Of a DNA stretch of 64,000 nucleotides, positions 24,570 to 34,681 are shown one piece after another (within the stretch, counting starts at the first letter, position 1; every line of letters begins with the position of its first letter). The translations under genes and the position numbers were made by a program. The notes under the pieces are model-generated. The model did not search any database. It was given only the letters and a program-made list of their open reading frames with translations, and was not told the origin of the DNA. The stretch covers positions 1,216,001 to 1,280,000 of the forward strand of contig CAXXMV010000002.1 in the NCBI GenBank assembly GCA_963662285.2, written 5' to 3'. Source of the DNA: a bacterium. Lineage in GTDB: Bacteria; Hinthialibacterota; Hinthialibacteria; Hinthialibacterales; Hinthialibacteraceae.

Positions 24570-26090
24570 ATGAGATGCAACAACATCAAACTTCTATTAT
24601 TGATATCAATTACATTATCAGGATTAACCGTTCAGGGAGATGATTGGCCTCAGTGGGGGCGTGATGCTACTCGAAATATGATCTCTTCAGAAAAAGCAAT
24701 CTCCCATGATTTCAATGTGGGGAAGTTCAAAGATCAATCCAATGATGTAGATTTATCAACGACGAAAAATGTCAAATGGGTCGCCCCCCTTGGTTCTGAG
24801 GCTTATGGCAACGTAACCGTAGCCCAGGGCAAAGTCTTTGTCGGTACGAATAATGATACGCCTCGCGATCCAAAACATGTTGGAGATCGTGGTGTGCTGC
24901 TTTGTCTTGATGAAAAGACGGGTGAACTGCTCTGGCAATTGGTGGTTCCCAAACTCAAGTCTGATGATGATCTCGATATGGATTATCTTGGTATATGCTC
25001 ATCGCCGACGGTTGATGGCGACAAGGTATATGTTGTGACCAATCGCTGTGAAGTTGTTTGCCTGGATATTAATGGACAAAAGAACGGTAACGATGGACCC
25101 TTCAAAGATGAAGGCGTTTATATGGCAGACCAAGGACAGCCTCCATTAACAATAGGTCAAACAGACGCTGACATTCTTTGGCGTTATGATATGCGCGCTG
25201 AACTGCAAGTTTATCCACATAATATCACCAGTAGTGCTGTCCTGGTTTTTGATGACCGGATTTATGCAACCACATCGAATGGCAAGGATGGAATGCATAA
25301 AACAATTCCTTCTCCTCATGCTCCATGCTTGATTGTATTGGATAAAAATACCGGGAAGTTGCTTGGCGTCGAGTCATCAGGAATCAGCCAACGGATGATG
25401 CACTGTAATTGGTCGTCACCCGCTTTCGCTGTGATTGATGTGACGCCGATGATTGTCTTTGGCGCCGGTGATGGCTTTTGTTATGGTTTTGATCCCATAC
25501 CTGTGAAGAGCGCGAACAACCATTATGTTCTTAAGGAACGTTGGCGCTTCGATTGCGTCCCCGAAGAGTACAAAGCCAAAGATTATAATTCTCCTGATGG
25601 TCCTAGCGAAATAATTTCAACGCCGGTAGTAGCCAACAATTATGTTTACGCAGCCATCGGGCAAGACCCGGAAAAAGGTGATGGAGTTGGCCGGTTGTCA
25701 TGTATTGACCTGTCCAAGACCGGGGATATTTCCAAAACAGGCGTGGTTTGGTCGTATAAAGAAATCACGCGCTCGCTTTCAACTCCCTCGATTACTGATG
25801 GATTGTTATTCATGGCCGATTATGCAGGCTTTGTTCATTGCCTTAATGCAAAAACAGGTGATGTGCATTGGGTGCATGATACGGCAAGTCATATCTGGGG
25901 ATCAACCATTGTAGTGGATGGTAAAGTATATGTCGGCAATGAAGATGGATACCTGACGGTGCTTAAAGCGGATAAAGAGAAATCCGTGATTAATGAAATC
26001 GATATGGGCGCGCCGGTTTATTCGTCTCCAGTAGTAGCGAATGGTGTGTTGTACATATCAACCCAGACGCATCTATACGCTATCCAGTAG
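24570..26090 (+). CDS. PQQ-like beta-propeller protein 3, secreted
   Basis: DWPQWGR, DEKTGELLW, SSPVVANG. ATG at 24570 (the ORF track starts at GTG 24552). Confidence 0.9.
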   Translation: MRCNNIKLLLLISITLSGLTVQGDDWPQWGRDATRNMISSEKAISHDFNVGKFKDQSNDVDLSTTKNVKWVAPLGSEAYGNVTVAQGKVFVGTNNDTPRDPKHVGDRGVLLCLDEKTGELLWQLVVPKLKSDDDLDMDYLGICSSPTVDGDKVYVVTNRCEVVCLDINGQKNGNDGPFKDEGVYMADQGQPPLTIGQTDADILWRYDMRAELQVYPHNITSSAVLVFDDRIYATTSNGKDGMHKTIPSPHAPCLIVLDKNTGKLLGVESSGISQRMMHCNWSSPAFAVIDVTPMIVFGAGDGFCYGFDPIPVKSANNHYVLKERWRFDCVPEEYKAKDYNSPDGPSEIISTPVVANNYVYAAIGQDPEKGDGVGRLSCIDLSKTGDISKTGVVWSYKEITRSLSTPSITDGLLFMADYAGFVHCLNAKTGDVHWVHDTASHIWGSTIVVDGKVYVGNEDGYLTVLKADKEKSVINEIDMGAPVYSSPVVANGVLYISTQTHLYAIQ

Positions 26091-26116
26091 GATTATATTA
26101 TGTTTGGATGGGTGAT

Positions 26117-26156
26117 GGGTGGCAAGGGCAAGACCGCATTGTGTCCAGCCCTTGAT
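26117..26156 (-). repeat. REP-like palindrome, family A, copy 2 (reverse orientation)
   Basis: gggtggcaagggcaagaccgcattgtgtccagcccttgat, near-exact reverse complement of 50381-50420. Confidence 0.85.
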
Positions 26157-26283
26157 CAAGCCACCTGATATTGTCGGGTATTTAACATAGTTTTTAGTAA
26201 AAGCGAATTGTAATGGTAAAGATAAATTTTTTGTCTATAATTTTTCAACTTGGTTTTGTTTGTAAGAAAAAGGAGATTTTTGA

Positions 26284-27636
26284 ATGAAACGATTGCATTT
26301 TTTCGTCATCGCTTTTTTTATGACCTTGCCTTTATGTTCGAGCGAATTTGATGACCAGAAAGATTTAAATTGGCATCAATGGCGTGGACCGAATGCTACT
26401 GGCGTGGCGCCGCATGGAGATCCTCCTATCGAATGGAGTGATTCAAAAAATATAAAATGGAAAGCGCCCATTCCAGGTGATGGAGATTCCACCCCTATCA
26501 TTTGGGGTGATCAGGTTTTTTTATTGACGGCCATCAAGACGGATAAAACTGATCCCCAAGCGAAAGCGGCGGAACCAGCGGCCAGTGATGCGCCGCCTCC
26601 CCGTCGTCGCGGAGGTATGGGCGCTTCAAAGCCAACTAATATATATCAGTTTGTCGTACTCTGTTATGAACGCAATACTGGAAAAATCCAATGGCAAAAA
26701 ACTGCGGTTGAGTGCGTCCCCCATGAAGGACATCATGGTACTGGTACCTTTGCATCAGCCTCTCCAAGCACCGATGGTAAATACCTCTATGCCTTCTTCG
26801 GTTCGCGCGGGATTTATTGTTATGATCTGGCTGGTGAACTGCAATGGTCGCGGGATTTAGGTGATATGCAGATTACCAACAGTTTCGGAGAAGGGGCGTC
26901 TCCAGCCTTGTATAAGGATTCGTTGATCGTCAATTGGGATCACGAGGGACAATCGTTTATCACCAATCTCGACGCCAAGACAGGTGAACCGAAATGGACC
27001 ATGGATCGGGATGAACCGACTTCCTGGTCGACTCCATTGATCGTGGAATATAATGGCAACCCCCAAATCATTATCAATGCCACTAATAAAAGCCGGGGTT
27101 ACGATCTGAATACTGGAAAAGTGCTCTGGGAATCAGGTGGACAGACCAGAAATGTAATTCCCGCATCGCTTGCTTTGGATAAATCAGTTATTTGTATGAG
27201 CGGTTTTCGCGGCAGCGCAATGCAATCCATTTCATTGGATTCCACAGGTGATGTCACCGGTACAGACAAAGTTCTCTGGTCATACAACAAAGATACACCC
27301 TACACGCCTTCAGCGCTGCTCTATGGAACCTCTTTGTATTTTACCAAGACGAATGGTACTACATTAACATGCTTGAACGCGGAAACTGGCCAACCGATTA
27401 TTGAAGGCGTCCGCTTACCTGATATGATGGGAACCATTTACTCTTCACCAGTCGGCGCGGCGAATCGCATATATCTCATGACCCGTGACGGTAAATTTCT
27501 CGTAATCAAACATGGACCTCAACTTGAAATTCTGGCCAACAACAAACTGAACGATGAATTCAGCGCTTCTCCTGCGGTTGCCGGTAAGCAGCTGTTTTTG
27601 CGAGGCAGGGAATTTCTGTATTGTATTGAGGAATAG
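26284..27636 (+). CDS. PQQ-like beta-propeller protein 4, secreted
   Basis: NWHQWRGP, STPIIWG, SWSTP, SASPA, plus an Arg/Pro-rich insertion. Confidence 0.9.
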   Translation: MKRLHFFVIAFFMTLPLCSSEFDDQKDLNWHQWRGPNATGVAPHGDPPIEWSDSKNIKWKAPIPGDGDSTPIIWGDQVFLLTAIKTDKTDPQAKAAEPAASDAPPPRRRGGMGASKPTNIYQFVVLCYERNTGKIQWQKTAVECVPHEGHHGTGTFASASPSTDGKYLYAFFGSRGIYCYDLAGELQWSRDLGDMQITNSFGEGASPALYKDSLIVNWDHEGQSFITNLDAKTGEPKWTMDRDEPTSWSTPLIVEYNGNPQIIINATNKSRGYDLNTGKVLWESGGQTRNVIPASLALDKSVICMSGFRGSAMQSISLDSTGDVTGTDKVLWSYNKDTPYTPSALLYGTSLYFTKTNGTTLTCLNAETGQPIIEGVRLPDMMGTIYSSPVGAANRIYLMTRDGKFLVIKHGPQLEILANNKLNDEFSASPAVAGKQLFLRGREFLYCIEE

Positions 27637-27939
27637 AGTGGTTTATAGAATATTTGTCTTATTCGCCTTCAAAAAGCCTCTTATAATGGGCATTTTGAAG
27701 GCGATCACTTTATATGTATCGGGCACGGCGAGCAATGTAGAACCGGCGTCATCAATAGATGCGAAATTGATAATGTACTCCTATCTAAAGTGTTTTCGAG
27801 TATGATAAATGTGATATAGAGTACGCTTTTTTCCTTTTGTGATTGTTAGATAAATCGCATTAGGTAATCTCTCAGTTCACCTGTTTCGACAATCTTGCCA
27901 TAGCCTCCGTACGGTTATGGATTTAACGGTAATAAATAG

Positions 27940-29082
27940 ATGAATTACACGCGACAAATGATTCCACTAGGTCTTTTTCTACTTGCATTCTTTCCCTTAA
28001 TCGGTGTTCACGCGGATGCCAACCCGGACGAGTGGCGTATGTTTCGCGGGGGGCAGGGACAGATGGGCGTCTACCAGGGCGCCTTGCCAGAAGAACTTGA
28101 TCTTCTTTGGACATACAAAACCGATGGCCCGATCATTTCATCCGCCGTCATCAGCGACGGAACAGTGTATATCGGTTCAGGCGACGGATCGTTATACGCG
28201 ATATCACTCATGTCGGGCGAAAAAATCTGGGCGTATCCAACTGGGTCTCCTATCGAAGCTCCTCCTATGGTTTTGGATGATTCGATTTATATCGGTTCAT
28301 CGGATGGTTTTCTCTATTCAGTCGATATTGAAGATGGAACATTAAACTGGAAATTCGAGACTTATGATAAAATTATCGGCTCAGCCAACTGGAGTTATGA
28401 AGCAGGAGCGCCGAACAAGACCATTATTCTAGGAAGCTATGATGGCTTTCTATACGCTCTGGATGCTAAAACCGGGCAAGAACGATGGCGCTATGAATCG
28501 GAAAGTTACATTAACGGCTCACCAGCGGTGTATGATGGTATGGCGATTTTCGGTGGCTGTGATGCAATGATCCATTGCGTTTCACTAAAAGATGGCGCCG
28601 CAAAATCTGTGTTTGAGGTCGATGCCTATATCGCGGCGTCTATCGCCTTTGATGGAACAATGGCTTATGTGGGACATTATTCAAATAAGTTTATTTGTGT
28701 TGATATAGAAAAACAGGAATTAGTATGGGAATACGAGGATCGTGAGTTCCCGTTTTTTTCCTCGGCAGCCATAGCGGAAGACCGCATCGTTTTCGGTTCA
28801 CGGGATCGCCGGGTGCATTGCGTCAATCGTACGACGGGAAAGCCGGTTTGGACCTTTCTTACAAAAGGTGAAGTTGATTCTTCTCCGGTGGTTTGTGGGA
28901 ATGATATCGTCATCGGTTCAGAGGATGGACGTTTGTACCGCCTGCGACTTTTGGATGGAACTGTTGTCTGGTCCTATGAAATCGGCGCCTCAATTCTGGC
29001 TTCGCCCGCCCTCTCTCGCGGGATCGTTGTTATCGGAGCGGATGATGGGGTATTATATGCTTTTGGCAAAAAAAATAGTTAA
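27940..29082 (+). CDS. PQQ-like beta-propeller protein 5 (regular BamB-type repeats), secreted
   Basis: WRMFRG and regular SSP-x-V-x-x-G-S-x-DG-x-LYA blades. Confidence 0.9.
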   Translation: MNYTRQMIPLGLFLLAFFPLIGVHADANPDEWRMFRGGQGQMGVYQGALPEELDLLWTYKTDGPIISSAVISDGTVYIGSGDGSLYAISLMSGEKIWAYPTGSPIEAPPMVLDDSIYIGSSDGFLYSVDIEDGTLNWKFETYDKIIGSANWSYEAGAPNKTIILGSYDGFLYALDAKTGQERWRYESESYINGSPAVYDGMAIFGGCDAMIHCVSLKDGAAKSVFEVDAYIAASIAFDGTMAYVGHYSNKFICVDIEKQELVWEYEDREFPFFSSAAIAEDRIVFGSRDRRVHCVNRTTGKPVWTFLTKGEVDSSPVVCGNDIVIGSEDGRLYRLRLLDGTVVWSYEIGASILASPALSRGIVVIGADDGVLYAFGKKNS

Positions 29083-29112
29083 AGTACAGTTATTCGAATT
29101 AATGGTTTAGTA

Positions 29113-30399
29113 ATGAAAATACTACAGATTATTCCCGGAACTTCCAATTTTTACTGCGGCGGCTGCATCCGTGATATGGCGTTGTTCAAGGCTTTCAAGA
29201 AACTTGGGCATGACGTCATTCTTCAGCCGTTATACCTGCCTATATTCGCCGATGAGTCGAATGTTGATGAACATAAAGCAATTTTATTCGGAGGGATTAA
29301 CCTCTACCTTCAGCAAAATTCCAGTTTTTTCAAAAACACTCCTCGCTGGATAGATCAGATTTTCGATTCTCAATGGCTCTTGAATCTCTCCGCCAAGCAG
29401 GCCGGGATGACCAAAGCGTCAACCCTGGGCGAGATGATGATCTCCATGCTGCAAGGGGATCAGGGATGTCTGGTTAAAGAATTCGACCGTTTTGCTGTCT
29501 GGTTGAAAGAACAAGAAAAAGCGGATGTGATTATATTACCGAACGGTATGTTGTTGTCTCTGGCCCGTACTATCAAAAAAGAATGGGGCATCCCGGTCAT
29601 TTGCACGCTGCAGGGCGAAGACAGTTTTATCGACGCATTGCCCGAACCGTATCTTTCAGAAGCATGGCGGCTTTTTGAGGAATTGACGGAATACGCCGAT
29701 GCGTTGATTCCAGTCAGCTATTATTATGCGGATGTAATGAAAAAAAGATTAAACTTAAACGATGATAAATGTTTTCCCGTGCAAAATGGCATCTCTCTGG
29801 ACGGTTATGGAGAAATGAATGGGATACCAAACGAGTTGACTTTAGGTTATCTGGCGCACATGCGTCAGGAAAAGGGCTTGGATCTTCTGGTTGACGCGTT
29901 TATACACTTAAAACAGAAACCGGAGTTTTCGCATTTGAAACTGAAAATTGCCGGCACGATCACCAGAGCCGAACATTCCTTTGTCGAACAATTGAAAGAA
30001 CGGCTAAACCAAAAAGGTTTCTTAAATGACGCCGGATTTCATGTCAACTTGTCGCGTGATGAAAAGATTAAAGTTTTGAAATCACTATCCGTCTTTTCGG
30101 TTCCAGCGGTTTATGGAGAATCGTTTGGTTTATACATTGTTGAAGCGATGGCGGCGGGCATACCAGTCGTCCAGCCCCGGCATGGTGGTTTTCAAGAGAT
30201 CATTGAGCGAACCCAAGGCGGTCTGCTATTCGAGCCGAATGATTTCGATTCCTATGTTGCGGCTTTAGCGGATTTATTATCGAATGCGGATAAGGCATAT
30301 AATATGGGAAAACAGGGTCGACAGGGCGTACATGAACATTTTTCCGTCGAACGAATGGCCCAAGATGTTCTAGAAGTTATCAAGCGCGTACAAAATTAA
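29113..30399 (+). CDS. Glycosyltransferase family 4 with an N-terminal CxxC
   Basis: EKGLDLL, ESFGLYIVEAMAAGIPVV (ExFG-x4-E), N-terminal FYCGGCIRD. Confidence 0.92.
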   Translation: MKILQIIPGTSNFYCGGCIRDMALFKAFKKLGHDVILQPLYLPIFADESNVDEHKAILFGGINLYLQQNSSFFKNTPRWIDQIFDSQWLLNLSAKQAGMTKASTLGEMMISMLQGDQGCLVKEFDRFAVWLKEQEKADVIILPNGMLLSLARTIKKEWGIPVICTLQGEDSFIDALPEPYLSEAWRLFEELTEYADALIPVSYYYADVMKKRLNLNDDKCFPVQNGISLDGYGEMNGIPNELTLGYLAHMRQEKGLDLLVDAFIHLKQKPEFSHLKLKIAGTITRAEHSFVEQLKERLNQKGFLNDAGFHVNLSRDEKIKVLKSLSVFSVPAVYGESFGLYIVEAMAAGIPVVQPRHGGFQEIIERTQGGLLFEPNDFDSYVAALADLLSNADKAYNMGKQGRQGVHEHFSVERMAQDVLEVIKRVQN

Positions 30400-30470
30400 A
30401 AATCGATCTACGTGAAATCAATTCAATTTCACGTTATATTAAAGAAGAAACCGTAGGTAAAGGTCTTAAA

Positions 30471-31178
30471 ATGAACCAGACATTTCCCCTACTACACATC
30501 GAATCACTCAAAGCCGTTTATAGCAATGGTGAAGGCGGATTTTCTCTCCAGGTCTTGCAGGATGTTCAATTGGATGTTCAGCAGGGAGAAACCGTTGCCA
30601 TTGTCGGCCCTTCCGGCTCCGGTAAAAGTACTTTGCTCAATATGATCGGCGCCTTGGATTCTCCTGCATCCGGGAAAATCTATCTTGATAATCAAGACCT
30701 GTCCCAGTTAAACGAACAGGAACTTGCGCTGGTTCGCAATCAGAAAATAGGATTTATTTTTCAGGATCACCATTTGCTGCCGCAATGTTCGGTGTTAGAA
30801 AACGTCCTGCTTCCAACACTGGTTCGCGCTGCTTCAGCTGGCTCTGAAAGCGTAGATGAAGCCAGGCGGTTGCTCGGTCGAGTTGGTCTTTCTGAACGCC
30901 TGGAGCATAAACCGGCTCAACTATCCGGCGGCGAACGGCAGCGCGTCGCGTATGTCCGGTCGCTTATCAATCAACCGGTATTGCTGTTAGCCGATGAGCC
31001 AACCGGATCACTGGATCATGAAAACGCCAATCAATTGATGAGTTTACTGCTGGAAATCAACCATGATCGTGGATTGACGTCAATAGTCGTTACTCATGCG
31101 CTGGAACTCGTAAAAAACATGGATCGCGTCTTCGAACTGAGAGACGGCCATTTGCGCGAAATCGGGGAAATGCCGTGA
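30471..31178 (+). CDS. ABC transporter ATP-binding protein (LolD/MacB type)
   Basis: Walker A GPSGSGKS, LSGGERQR, LLADEPTGSLD, VTH. Confidence 0.95.
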   Translation: MNQTFPLLHIESLKAVYSNGEGGFSLQVLQDVQLDVQQGETVAIVGPSGSGKSTLLNMIGALDSPASGKIYLDNQDLSQLNEQELALVRNQKIGFIFQDHHLLPQCSVLENVLLPTLVRAASAGSESVDEARRLLGRVGLSERLEHKPAQLSGGERQRVAYVRSLINQPVLLLADEPTGSLDHENANQLMSLLLEINHDRGLTSIVVTHALELVKNMDRVFELRDGHLREIGEMP

Positions 31179-34100
31179 ATCGTTTTCGCTTAATGCTTAA
31201 TGGACTCAAATATTTTTGGCGCTCGCATGTCGGCGTTACGCTTGGGGTGGTTGTATCAACTATCGTCCTGACTGGCGCGTTGATGGTGGGCGATTGCGTG
31301 GATTTCACCCTCCGCTCCATTGCGCTGAAGCGATTGGGAACCATTCAATTTGCGTTATCCCATCCTTCCCGTTTCTTTCGCGGGCAGCTGGCCGACGATT
31401 TAGAGCAATCTCTTGCTGCGCAAGTAGCGCCGGTTTTTCAGGTAAAAGGCGTGCTTCGCAAAGGGGGAGAATCCTTTAGCGCCAATAATGTTTTTGTATA
31501 TGGGGTTGATTCCCGGTTCTGGAACTTTGGGAACAAGGCTTTCGCGGGTTTTGACGATGGCGACGAGAGCGTCATTATCAATCGATATCTCGCTGATCGT
31601 TTTTCTATCCGGGAAGGTGATGACATTGTCCTACGAATAGAAAATCCATCGACGCTTTCCAAAGAAGTTCCGTTATCCACCCTGGATGATTTTTCTATGG
31701 CATTTCGCCTGCCGGTAAAAAAGATTGTTGATAATGATCAAATGGGGCGATTCGATTTCCGGTCAAATCAAGTGGCTCCCTACAACGTGTTCGTTCCCAT
31801 TAAGTTGATTCAGGAAAAAACCGCCAAGACAAATCTATGCAATGGGCTTCTGGTCAGCGCAAAGCATGATCATGATGTTTTGTTGGAACAAATCAATGCC
31901 GCATTGCAAAATTCATGGAATCTGCAAGACGCCCAAATTGAGATCAAAAACTTAAATTCCAATGGATGGCATGAAATCCGCACGGATCGGGTATTTCTGG
32001 AATCTACTGTATCGGATGGATTGACTCGCGGGATATCTTCCGGTGCTGCACCAGGCCGGGCATTTGGCGTTCTGACTTATTTTGTTCAGGAAATTCAGTT
32101 TAAGGATCGCGCCGCTCCCTATTCGATGGTTGCGGCGATAGACGCCAGTAAAGCGGGTAATACACTGTTCCCAAGTTTACAAGGCTTGCAGGATAATGAA
32201 ATTATTCTCAATGACTGGTTAGCGCAGGATTTACAAGTCCAAAAGGGCGATGAACTGACATTGGTCTACAACGTATTAGGTCCCATGCGCAAATTGATAG
32301 AGCGAAAACGTTCTTTTATGGTTCGCGACATTGTTGCAATGTCCGATCCGCTTAATGATCCATCCCTGATGCCTGATTTTCCCGGTATCACAAAAAGCGA
32401 ACACTGCCGGGAATGGGACCCCGGTTTTACTATCGATCTGGATAAAATCCGCGACAAAGACGAAGACTATTGGGATCAATACAAAGGAACTCCCAAGGCG
32501 TTTATTTCCCTGCAAACCGGACAAGAGATGTGGGCGAACCGTTTTGGAAATTTAACGGCCATCCGTTTTCAACACTCTGTCGCCCCGGATGCTCTAATAG
32601 AAAAAGATATTGCCGCATTTCTGCAACCTTCCACAATGGGATTCGATTTTATCCCGGTGCGGGAATTAGCCCTTCGGGCGGTTAACCAGGCGATGAGTTT
32701 CGGCCCGTTGTTTATCTCGCTCAGTTTCTTTTTGATCGTATCGGCTTTGATTCTAACCTCGCTGCTCTTTCTCTTCGGTCTGGAACAGCGCGCCAGCCAC
32801 ACCGGTTTATTGTTCGCTTTGGGATACTCCAAAGCATTGATTCGAAAATTATATTTCTATGAAGTTATAGTACTCACGGTACTCGGAGGCGCCATCGGCG
32901 TCTGGTTGGCGGCTCTCTACTCTCAGGGCATGATCTGGGCTTTATCGACAATCTGGAAAGACGCCGTTGCGGGGATCGAATTTGAAACGACGATTTCTCC
33001 GGCTACTATGATTTACGGCTTTTTAGCCAGCGTTATTACAACCATTCTGGTTATTTGGATTGGCATACGCCGTCAATCGAGGCTGCCGATTCCTTCTTTG
33101 CTCACCGCCAAAGCTGGCAGCATTATCGTAAATCAACAACCGTCGAATCGAGGTATATGGATTGCGTCGGCATCGTTTACCGGCGCGATCCTTTTATATT
33201 TTTTTTCATCACAAAACAGCGTTGCCGCCGCGACGGGGACATTCTTCGGAATTGGCGCTTTGCTGCTTATCACAGGCTTAGGTCTTAGCCACGCCTGCTT
33301 CTTCCGTTTCATGATGCAACAGGATGGCGCGAATCTTTCTCTTAAAAGTCTAGGCATCAGAAACACCGGAAGGAGACGCGGGCGCAGTTTGGCGGTTGTC
33401 GGATTACTGGCCAGCGGCGCCTTTCTCGTCATAGCGGTTGGCGCCAATCGTCAGGACGCATGGTTGGATGCGGAATTGGTCAATTCTGGAACGGGAGGAT
33501 TCGCCTATTACAGCGAAACCACCCTTCCGCTGATTCATGACTTGAATACCGAAGCGGGCTGTAATGAATTTGGATTATCCCTTTCCGATCTTCCCGGATT
33601 ACGGGTTTATCCGCTGCGTTTTCGTGAAGGAGACGATGCCAGTTGCTTGAACATGAACCGCGCCCAAAATCCCAAACTGCTTGGCGTTGATCCCCGGCTG
33701 TTCTCTTCACGCAAAGCGTTTTCTTTCGTGAGTACGGTTGATGGAGATACGAGTCCACAGCAAGCGTGGAAACTGCTTGACCGGAAATTCGATGATGGAT
33801 CGATCCCTGCGATTGTCGATCAATCGACCGCAATGTGGGCGCTAGGCAAATCGATTGGTGATACGCTTACTTATAAAGACGAGAGCGGCGCATCATTTCA
33901 GATTCGTCTGGTTGGATTTTTAGCCAATTCTATTTTCCAAGGCGCAGTGCTGATCTCTGATCAAAACTGCGTACAGAAATATCCCTCTGTCAGCGGATAC
34001 CGTGTTCTGCTGATGGATATCCCCAAACCGTTTCGAAGCGAATACCGTGGTATTTTGATGAATTCTCTGCAAGACCTGGGTATCGAGATGACGCCTTGCG

Positions 34101-34516
34101 GGGAACGTCTGGCTGCGTTTTTCGCCATTCAAAATGCGTATTTGTCGATCTTTCAGATACTAGGCGGCTTGGGGCTTATACTGGGAAGCATTGGCGTGGG
34201 AGTCGTGGTTATGCGGAATATCCTTGATCGGCGTTCTGAGTTCGCCTTGATGCGGGCGCTAGGTTTTTCTCATTCTTCCATCCGTTGGATGATTGTAACC
34301 GAGCACGCTTTTCTTTTGATTCTCGGTTTGGGGTGCGCAACGTTATCGGGTATTACGGCTTCTTTGCCTGCTTTACGTTTTCACTTGTCCACTTTTCCCT
34401 TTTTGTCGCTTACGTTAACCCTTATATTAATACTACTTAGCGGCTTGTTCTGGATTTACCTGTCAACGTTAATTGCTCTGCGGGAAAATCTCCTTACTTC
34501 ACTTCGCAGTGAGTAA
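31175..34516 (+). CDS. ABC transporter permease, fused double FtsX/MacB-type, with large periplasmic domains
   Basis: Two TM bundles, RRSEFALMRALGF and GLLFALGY motifs. GTGA overlap with the ATPase gene. Confidence 0.92.
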   Translation: MNRFRLMLNGLKYFWRSHVGVTLGVVVSTIVLTGALMVGDCVDFTLRSIALKRLGTIQFALSHPSRFFRGQLADDLEQSLAAQVAPVFQVKGVLRKGGESFSANNVFVYGVDSRFWNFGNKAFAGFDDGDESVIINRYLADRFSIREGDDIVLRIENPSTLSKEVPLSTLDDFSMAFRLPVKKIVDNDQMGRFDFRSNQVAPYNVFVPIKLIQEKTAKTNLCNGLLVSAKHDHDVLLEQINAALQNSWNLQDAQIEIKNLNSNGWHEIRTDRVFLESTVSDGLTRGISSGAAPGRAFGVLTYFVQEIQFKDRAAPYSMVAAIDASKAGNTLFPSLQGLQDNEIILNDWLAQDLQVQKGDELTLVYNVLGPMRKLIERKRSFMVRDIVAMSDPLNDPSLMPDFPGITKSEHCREWDPGFTIDLDKIRDKDEDYWDQYKGTPKAFISLQTGQEMWANRFGNLTAIRFQHSVAPDALIEKDIAAFLQPSTMGFDFIPVRELALRAVNQAMSFGPLFISLSFFLIVSALILTSLLFLFGLEQRASHTGLLFALGYSKALIRKLYFYEVIVLTVLGGAIGVWLAALYSQGMIWALSTIWKDAVAGIEFETTISPATMIYGFLASVITTILVIWIGIRRQSRLPIPSLLTAKAGSIIVNQQPSNRGIWIASASFTGAILLYFFSSQNSVAAATGTFFGIGALLLITGLGLSHACFFRFMMQQDGANLSLKSLGIRNTGRRRGRSLAVVGLLASGAFLVIAVGANRQDAWLDAELVNSGTGGFAYYSETTLPLIHDLNTEAGCNEFGLSLSDLPGLRVYPLRFREGDDASCLNMNRAQNPKLLGVDPRLFSSRKAFSFVSTVDGDTSPQQAWKLLDRKFDDGSIPAIVDQSTAMWALGKSIGDTLTYKDESGASFQIRLVGFLANSIFQGAVLISDQNCVQKYPSVSGYRVLLMDIPKPFRSEYRGILMNSLQDLGIEMTPCGERLAAFFAIQNAYLSIFQILGGLGLILGSIGVGVVVMRNILDRRSEFALMRALGFSHSSIRWMIVTEHAFLLILGLGCATLSGITASLPALRFHLSTFPFLSLTLTLILILLSGLFWIYLSTLIALRENLLTSLRSE

Positions 34517-34539
34517 TTTGATCCTGATCTACAAAAGAA

Positions 34540-34565
34540 TTTTTCAGGAACAATATTCCTGAAAA
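34540..34565. terminator. Hairpin after the permease gene
   Basis: tttttcaggaa-caata-ttcctgaaaaa. Confidence 0.5.
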
Positions 34566-34681
34566 AAACGACCTATTAAACAATTGTTGAATGGATAACT
34601 ATTTTTAATTCATTGGATAGAATAATAGTATTCAGTAAAATCATTATAGAAATACACAAACCACTAGGAGGATTTCAGTAG

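Noticed and set aside
27554-27939. 83-aa ORF and possible ncRNA in the gap between propellers 4 and 5
   Set aside because: The ORF overlaps the upstream gene and has no RBS or motif. No convincing structured RNA was seen.
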